Assembly: GCA_963812605.1 (NCBI GenBank)
Contig: CAWEWF010000014.1
Span: 480,001 to 544,000, forward strand
Source: an uncultured Verrucomicrobiae bacterium
Lineage (GTDB): Bacteria; Verrucomicrobiota; Verrucomicrobiia; Palsa-1439
Length of the DNA: 64,000 nt
Direction: 5' to 3'
Below are positions 58,043 to 64,000 of this stretch, one piece after another (the stretch's first letter is position 1; each line of letters begins with the position of its first letter). The position numbers and the translations under genes are program-made. Below the pieces are notes generated by a model that searched no databases, had not been told where the DNA came from, and worked only from the letters and a program-made list of their open reading frames with translations.

Positions 58043-59446
58043 CTACTGCTTCGACGGAGGCTTGCGCATGATTTTTTCGCGCACGTCGCGATAACTGAAA
58101 TCGACCTTGGCGATTTCCTTGAACGCCGCCAGGGATTTCTCCGGGTCGCCCATGAGTTCGTAGGCGTTCCCCAGATTATAGAGCAGATCCTTCTTTAACC
58201 CATCCATGACCGGGAGTTCGGCTATCGCCTCATTGTAAGACTCAACGGCCATGTCCGAAAGCCCCATTTGCTGGAAGCACTGGCCAAGTTGATTGAGGGA
58301 GGCAACACGACGCTGCGGCTGGTTGCGTGATTTTTGCAGTTGCTCGACCGCGCCCTCAATATTCCCCATTTTCATGTACAGTGTACCCAGTTCGTAGCGG
58401 TACATGAGATCGTTCGGGTACCGTTCGACAAGACGTGCGGCTTCACTGAGTTTGAGTTGGTCGAGCTCGATTTCTAGGGTGGCGATCTCGCTGGTCAGCG
58501 CCGGGTCGGCGGGTTTCTTCTGGAGTTCTTTTTTTTGCCCATTAATCTTGAATTCGAGGCGCTTGATCTTGGTGTCGCCAATTTCGCGTTCCAGCGAGGG
58601 GTCGGAGCCGCCCTCCTTCGCATATAATCCCTCCAAATAACGCAGCGCTTCATCGAAGTTCTCCCGTTGCGTGTAAAGTTTGCCCAGTTCGCGCTGGATA
58701 AGCGGACTCTCGGGATCTTTCGCCAGCGCCTCGAGCCGTTCCTTGATCTGGTTTTCCAGCATGTCTTCGGAACTGACCATGCGAGATTGTTGCTCCAAGG
58801 CGATGGATTCATCCTTGTCTTTGAGCTTGTCACGGAAGGAGGTGGTGCTCTCTTCCCATCCGCCACCGGCCATGGCGCCATCGGCAGTCGAATCCTTGGT
58901 GCCTTGCTGCGCCTCGAAATCGTTGGGATTGATCTGGACCAGGCGTTCATAGGTCTCGCGCGCCTGCTCATGTTGGCCCGTCTCCTTGTAGGAGCGCGCG
59001 AGCCAATGCAGTGCCTTCGTGTCGCGAGCATTCAATCGCGTGTACGTCTCCAGCGTCTGGACAACCGTCTCGGGAAGCTTGGCGACTTCGGCGGCTTCCG
59101 CCAGAATCCACAAGGCCTGGGAGTTCTTCGGGTCTTCCGTCAGGGCCTGCTCGGCAAGGGTCATGGCCTCGCTCGGGTTTTTTTGGAGAACGACCTTGGC
59201 CTTGGTCAGCAGCGGCTGCAGCTTGGCGCCGGTAAGCATCCGCTTAAAACCGCCGGCCGACTCGGTTTTCTTCATCTGTGTGGCCCGCAAATACTGCCGC
59301 GCCTTGGTAAAGTTGGGCTCGATATTGAGAGTCTGGATGAACATCTCGATGGCATAATCGAGGTTTTTGCGTTCCGCCGCCGCCAGCGCCTTCTGGTAGA
59401 AGTCATTAGCGAGCCGATTGATATTGCTACTGGTTTTCTCAGCCAT
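58043..59446 (-). CDS. Tetratricopeptide repeat protein
   Basis: Multiple TPR-like helix pairs; ends DFSYRDV. Confidence 0.85.
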   Translation of the reverse strand: MAEKTSSNINRLANDFYQKALAAAERKNLDYAIEMFIQTLNIEPNFTKARQYLRATQMKKTESAGGFKRMLTGAKLQPLLTKAKVVLQKNPSEAMTLAEQALTEDPKNSQALWILAEAAEVAKLPETVVQTLETYTRLNARDTKALHWLARSYKETGQHEQARETYERLVQINPNDFEAQQGTKDSTADGAMAGGGWEESTTSFRDKLKDKDESIALEQQSRMVSSEDMLENQIKERLEALAKDPESPLIQRELGKLYTQRENFDEALRYLEGLYAKEGGSDPSLEREIGDTKIKRLEFKINGQKKELQKKPADPALTSEIATLEIELDQLKLSEAARLVERYPNDLMYRYELGTLYMKMGNIEGAVEQLQKSRNQPQRRVASLNQLGQCFQQMGLSDMAVESYNEAIAELPVMDGLKKDLLYNLGNAYELMGDPEKSLAAFKEIAKVDFSYRDVREKIMRKPPSKQ

Positions 59447-59532
59447 GGTAAGTTCTGTTGGTTACCACCCCAAAATATAGCAACCTTTCTGCATGGTCAA
59501 TGGCTTTTCCGCCTGCCAAAACGGTCTGAAGG

Positions 59533-59560
59533 TTGACAGCGGGGTGTCCTTTGTTAATAT
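59533..59560 (+). promoter_or_regulatory. Sigma70 promoter for the oxidoreductase operon
   Basis: TTGACA-16nt-TAATAT. Confidence 0.5.
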
Positions 59561-59628
59561 TCCTTGAGTGGCATTATTATAGCTAGGGGTGGAACGTTCG
59601 TCTCAGGGAGTTTGCAAGGACATTAAAA

Positions 59629-61476
59629 ATGATTAATGAAAAAGTGGTGGATTCTTCTGTAGCGCCGGGCGACCAGCGATCGCAAGGCACACGGAGGGTC
59701 CAGGATGCGGTAATTCGGTTCGCTGGCAATTCGCAGGACGGTATCCAGGCTATCGGCGGTTTTCTGGCTCGGTTGGCGGGGCGCACAGACAAAGAAGTCA
59801 TCACCTACATGACGATCCCCGCCACGATTTCGGGCGGTCCCAGCATTTATCAGGTGCGTCTGGGCACAGGCGAAGTATTGAGCGCGGGTGATGACGTGGA
59901 CATCCTCGTGGCTTTTTACCAGCATTCTTACGTCGATCACATCAGCACGTTGCGCGATGGCGGCATCCTTCTGTATGACAGCGACAACGTGCAGCCCGAT
60001 CCCAATGAGAAGCGCTATCGCGCGGTCGGCGTGCCCATCACGGGACAAACGGTCGAAGCCATCGGCGGCACGGCGAAGGACAAGGGCAAGAACATGTTCG
60101 TGCTCGGGCTGATTGCGCGCATGTTTGACCTGGACGTGCCCAAGCTCGAGGCGATGTTACAGGCCTACTACAAAGGGAAGGGCGACGACGTCATTCGCAA
60201 TGTCATCGGTGCGTTCAACGCCGGCTATGGCTACGACATTGGCAAAGTCGCCGATACCTTCGAGTTCGTGGCCCCCAGCAACCGGGTCACCCGCAAGCAG
60301 GTTGTCATGGATGGGAACCAGGCCATCGCCTACGGCGCGCTGGCCGCGGGCATTCGCTTTGGCGCCGGCTACCCAATTACGCCCTGGTCCAGCATCATGG
60401 AAATTCTGCGTGCGGAACTGCCGAAGTATGGCGGGATTTTTATGCAGGCCGAGGATGAACTCGCCGCGATTGCCATGGCCTGCGGCGCCTCGTACTCTGG
60501 GTATCTCTCGCTTACTGGAACCTCCGGCCCCGGTCTTTCGCTGAAAACCGAGGCGCTCGGCTGGGCCGTGATGGCTGAAATGCCGATTGTCATCATCGAC
60601 GTCCAGCGTGGCGGCCCCAGCACGGGCTTGCCCACCAGCGTCGAGCAGAGCGATCTTAATATTGCCTGTTTTGGCGGGCACGGTGACTCGCCGCGTATCG
60701 TGCTCGCGCCTTCGTCCGTTGAGGACTGTTTCTACACCACGCTGGAGGCGGCGAAATTGGCGCGGGACTACAGTTCTCCCGTGATCATCCTTTCCGATCA
60801 GGCATTAGCCACACGTTTTGAGGCCTGGGAGATGCCGGATCTCGCGAAGCTGACTCAGGACATCAGCCCGGATTTCTCGGCGCGCGGACCGAATTACAAG
60901 CCTTACGAAAACGCGGCGGATGGCATCGCGCATCATGCGCCCCCGGGCACACCGATGGTGGATGGCAAATATCCCGTGGTGACCGGGTTGGAGCACGATG
61001 AAGCCGGGCATCCCGCCAGCCGTCCCGCCAATCACGTGATGATGGTGGCCAAACGCCGCCGCAAGTTGCAAGTGCTCGCCGGGCGCCTGCCCAAGGCTGA
61101 GACTTATGGCCCCACGGAAGGCAACGTGCTGCTCGTGGGCTGGGGTTCGTCGCACGGTCCGATTCGTGAAGCCGTGGACAAGGCGCGCGCAGCCGGTGAA
61201 AGTGTCAGCTCGCTCAATATCCGTTACATCCAGCCCCTGCAACCCGGTATCGGGGAGATCTTCGAGGGTTTTAACCACGTGTTTGTGGTAGAAATCAACG
61301 ACGAGGGACTTTACGGCTATGGCCAACTCGCCGCGCTTTTACGGGCGCGGTATTGCACCGATAAGATTCGCGGCATCAACAAGACCGACGGCCTGCCGTT
61401 CAAAGTGCGCGAGATTTTGAACGGCATGCAGGAAAAATTGAAACAATCCCCCGAACCCACGCTCGTTAGCGCCTGA
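59629..61476 (+). CDS. korA: 2-oxoacid:ferredoxin oxidoreductase, alpha (gamma-fused) subunit
   Basis: GYPITP, QAEDE, TSGPG and QRGGPSTG. Confidence 0.92.
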   Translation: MINEKVVDSSVAPGDQRSQGTRRVQDAVIRFAGNSQDGIQAIGGFLARLAGRTDKEVITYMTIPATISGGPSIYQVRLGTGEVLSAGDDVDILVAFYQHSYVDHISTLRDGGILLYDSDNVQPDPNEKRYRAVGVPITGQTVEAIGGTAKDKGKNMFVLGLIARMFDLDVPKLEAMLQAYYKGKGDDVIRNVIGAFNAGYGYDIGKVADTFEFVAPSNRVTRKQVVMDGNQAIAYGALAAGIRFGAGYPITPWSSIMEILRAELPKYGGIFMQAEDELAAIAMACGASYSGYLSLTGTSGPGLSLKTEALGWAVMAEMPIVIIDVQRGGPSTGLPTSVEQSDLNIACFGGHGDSPRIVLAPSSVEDCFYTTLEAAKLARDYSSPVIILSDQALATRFEAWEMPDLAKLTQDISPDFSARGPNYKPYENAADGIAHHAPPGTPMVDGKYPVVTGLEHDEAGHPASRPANHVMMVAKRRRKLQVLAGRLPKAETYGPTEGNVLLVGWGSSHGPIREAVDKARAAGESVSSLNIRYIQPLQPGIGEIFEGFNHVFVVEINDEGLYGYGQLAALLRARYCTDKIRGINKTDGLPFKVREILNGMQEKLKQSPEPTLVSA

Positions 61477-61493
61477 TCCTTTTAAGGAAATCC

Positions 61494-62414
61494 ATGATTG
61501 CTGAAGCCAAAGATCTACAAGCCCAAGAAATCAAACTGACCGACCGCGCGAAATATACGAAAAAGGATTTGGTCGCCGACCACCCGACGTGGTGTCCTGG
61601 CTGCGGCGACTTCAGCGTTCTCTCCATCTATTTCAAGATGATGGAAAAATTGCAGTTGCCGCATGAGAAGATCACCAGCATCGCCGGCATCGGCTGCTCG
61701 TCGCGTTTCCCGTACTTCGTGAACGCCTACGGCGTGCACTTCCTCCATGGACGCGCGGCGCCGTTTGCCACGGGCGTGTCGATGATGCGGCCCGATCTGC
61801 ATGTGTTCGTGTTCGGCGGCGATGGCGATGCTTTCTCCATCGGCGGCAACCATCTCAACCATGCCGCGCGCAAGAACGTCAAGATGACCTATGTCATCAT
61901 GGACAACTTCGTCTACGGCCTGACAAAGAAGCAGACTTCGCCAACGTCGCCGCTTGGTTTCAAATCGAAGACCGACCCAACCGGCGCGGTCGATCAGCCG
62001 ATTAACCCGATGAAGCAGCTCATCGCCTGCGGGGCAACGTTCATCGCTCGCACCCACGCGCATTTGCCAAATCACGTCATGGAAATGATGGAAAAGGCGA
62101 TGGCACACGACGGTTTTTCGGTCATTGAATGTTTGAGCGAGTGCACGGAGTTTTACCCGGGAGCTTTCGACGCGGCCAACCCGCGCAAGGGCGGCGCGTT
62201 CAATCTTGTGCCCGCGGACCACAATGTGACCGACGAAATCGCCGCCTATAAACTGGCGATGACGCCGTTCCCCGGCTACTTCGGCATATTCTACCAGGAG
62301 CAGCGCCCCACCAAGAACGCCCTCGAGGCCAGGCTCATCGCCGACTCGAAGGCGCGGGCCGAAAACGCCTCGCCGACCGAACTCCTGCAGAAGACGTTTG
62401 CGCGGCTTAGTTAG
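61494..62414 (+). CDS. korB: 2-oxoacid:ferredoxin oxidoreductase beta subunit
   Basis: WCPGCG, GIGCS and the TPP motif GGDGD...DN. Confidence 0.92.
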   Translation: MIAEAKDLQAQEIKLTDRAKYTKKDLVADHPTWCPGCGDFSVLSIYFKMMEKLQLPHEKITSIAGIGCSSRFPYFVNAYGVHFLHGRAAPFATGVSMMRPDLHVFVFGGDGDAFSIGGNHLNHAARKNVKMTYVIMDNFVYGLTKKQTSPTSPLGFKSKTDPTGAVDQPINPMKQLIACGATFIARTHAHLPNHVMEMMEKAMAHDGFSVIECLSECTEFYPGAFDAANPRKGGAFNLVPADHNVTDEIAAYKLAMTPFPGYFGIFYQEQRPTKNALEARLIADSKARAENASPTELLQKTFARLS

Positions 62415-62418
62415 GCCA

Positions 62419-63261
62419 ATGAACGAACGGGCTGGTATTGTCCTTCTCGCGATATTCATTGTCGTGGGCGCGGTTATTTCCCGCGCGGACATCATCGTCA
62501 CGAAAACCCTCGTTCACACCGGTGAGGTCGTGCGAGCGGAAGCCGATGGCGTTATGGTGCGGTTGCCGTCGCTCGGGGAACTAAAGGTCTACAAGGCGGA
62601 CATCATTCGCCTCGAGGTCGCCAAGCCGGCGGCGCTGGAATCGGTTTCCAAGACGCTTCAGTCCGGGGCCTTCACGGAAGCGGTGGCCGTGCTCAAGCCG
62701 ATCGTCGATCGCTACGCGGGGTTGGACCTGCCGTGGGTGCAGGAGGCAATGCTCCAGTTGGGTGACGCTTATCTCGGCGCGAATGATTTTCCGTCGGCCC
62801 GGGCCGCCTTCGATCAATTTGCCCGGCTCTATCCGCAAGCGGAACAGACTGCGGGACTGGAAGTAAAGTACGCCCGCGTGCTTTTTAACCAGAAGGATTA
62901 CGCCAAAGCCGGCGAGCAACTCTACGGTTTTCTTACGCCGTTGTTGAGACGCGAATTCCTGACCGACGCCCAGGAAGACGCTGTGTCCGAGGGCCTCGCC
63001 TTGCTGGGGGATTGCCAGCGCGCGCAAAATCAGCCCGAGCGGGCCCTGGATTCTTACCTGGCGGTCGTGACGATGTTTGACTTCAATCCCGACCGTGCGG
63101 CGGAAGCGCGCTACAAGGCCGGGCAAACATTTGAGGAACTGAAGAACTGGAAACGAGCCAAGGGCACGTATGAGGACCTTTTGAAGGAGACTCCCGGCGT
63201 CGCTTTCGCCCCCGAAGCGCAAAAGCGACTGGCTGCACTCACCAAAGACCATCCCGAATGA
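62419..63261 (+). CDS. Exported TPR protein
   Basis: Signal peptide; TPR-like repeats (AAEARYKAGQTFEEL). Confidence 0.8.
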   Translation: MNERAGIVLLAIFIVVGAVISRADIIVTKTLVHTGEVVRAEADGVMVRLPSLGELKVYKADIIRLEVAKPAALESVSKTLQSGAFTEAVAVLKPIVDRYAGLDLPWVQEAMLQLGDAYLGANDFPSARAAFDQFARLYPQAEQTAGLEVKYARVLFNQKDYAKAGEQLYGFLTPLLRREFLTDAQEDAVSEGLALLGDCQRAQNQPERALDSYLAVVTMFDFNPDRAAEARYKAGQTFEELKNWKRAKGTYEDLLKETPGVAFAPEAQKRLAALTKDHPE

Positions 63262-64000
63262 CTTTGCTCCAGGCAACCGTGTTCGGCCTCATCCAAGGGT
63301 TGACGGAATTCCTGCCGATCAGCAGCGCGGCGCACCTCCGGATTGTTTCCGCCTTCCTGGGCTGGGACGACCCCGGCACGGCTTTCACGGCGGTGATCCA
63401 ATTGGCCATTGTCGTCACCTTGCTCCTGTATTTTTGGCGGGATCTTGTTCATATCGCTGCGGCGATGCTGCGCGGCGCGCAAACGGGCCGTTTATTGGAC
63501 GACCATGACGCACGGCTGGGATGGATGATCGTGGTGGGAACCGTGCCGATCATGGTGCTGGGACTGGCCCTCAAAAAATATGTGGAGACCAGCCTGCGGT
63601 CGCTCTACGTCATCGCCCTCGCCGAGATCGGGCTGGCACTGGCGCTGATCGTCGCCGAATACCTGGAGCGTTCCCGTATCGCGGCCGGAACAAAGCTGCG
63701 GGGGATGAAAGACATCACGTGGAGGGATTCGATCCTTGTGGGCGCGGCGCAATGCCTGGCGCTGATTCCCGGGGCTTCACGCTCGGGTTCCACGATCACC
63801 GGCGGCCTGTTCGTCGGCTTCACGCGTGAGACGGCTGCGCGGTTCTCGTTCCTCTTGGCGCTGCCATCCTTCTTGGGCGCGGGAATCCTCGAATTCTTGC
63901 ATCACCGTCACGAACTCCTCGGCGCGCCCGGTGCCGGCCGTAACCTCGTCGTGGCAACGGTCGTGGCCATCATCGTCGGGTATGCCGCGGTCGCGTTCCT
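63258..64000 (+). CDS. uppP: Undecaprenyl-diphosphate phosphatase (runs off window)
   Basis: Manual translation: MTLLQATVFGLIQGLTEFLPISSAAH...AQCLALIPGASRSGSTI...AARFSF. Confidence 0.93.
   Translation, partial: MTLLQATVFGLIQGLTEFLPISSAAHLRIVSAFLGWDDPGTAFTAVIQLAIVVTLLLYFWRDLVHIAAAMLRGAQTGRLLDDHDARLGWMIVVGTVPIMVLGLALKKYVETSLRSLYVIALAEIGLALALIVAEYLERSRIAAGTKLRGMKDITWRDSILVGAAQCLALIPGASRSGSTITGGLFVGFTRETAARFSFLLALPSFLGAGILEFLHHRHELLGAPGAGRNLVVATVVAIIVGYAAVAF

Overview
A GC-rich bacterial chromosome segment with about 65 genes and no rRNA, tRNA or CRISPR. Gene content and protein style suggest Verrucomicrobiota/PVC, which is an inference. Housekeeping blocks: thiL-tsaE-tsaB, lptD-ugd-deacetylase-epimerase, mgtA, tig-clpP-clpX, hisH-hisA, a UvrD/PcrA helicase, accD-folC, 2-oxoacid:ferredoxin oxidoreductase alpha/beta and uppP. 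At least 15 single-base frameshifts occur, including in clpX and accD, so the sequence is probably an unpolished long-read assembly and I treat most breaks as errors. There are two type IV filament loci. One is a complete T2SS-like operon (gspE-F-G-H-I-J-K-L-M-C-D, 39.5-50.8 kb) followed by a CPBP protease and comF. The other is an unusual minimal locus (25.8-30.0 kb, minus strand): a short GspE/ComGA-sized ATPase, two GspF/PilC platform paralogs and three small I/J/K-like minor pilins, with no major pilin, secretin or peptidase. That locus is the best candidate for an undescribed system. Two accessory patches carry defence/TA cargo. At 1.9-5.4 kb: REP cluster, vapBC, a type ISP R-M remnant, a HEPN protein and a Zn-ribbon/ankyrin/HNH fusion. 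At 36.5-39.4 kb: hicB with a hicA disrupted by a REP hairpin, 65-bp direct repeats, and an AbrB-PIN pair.
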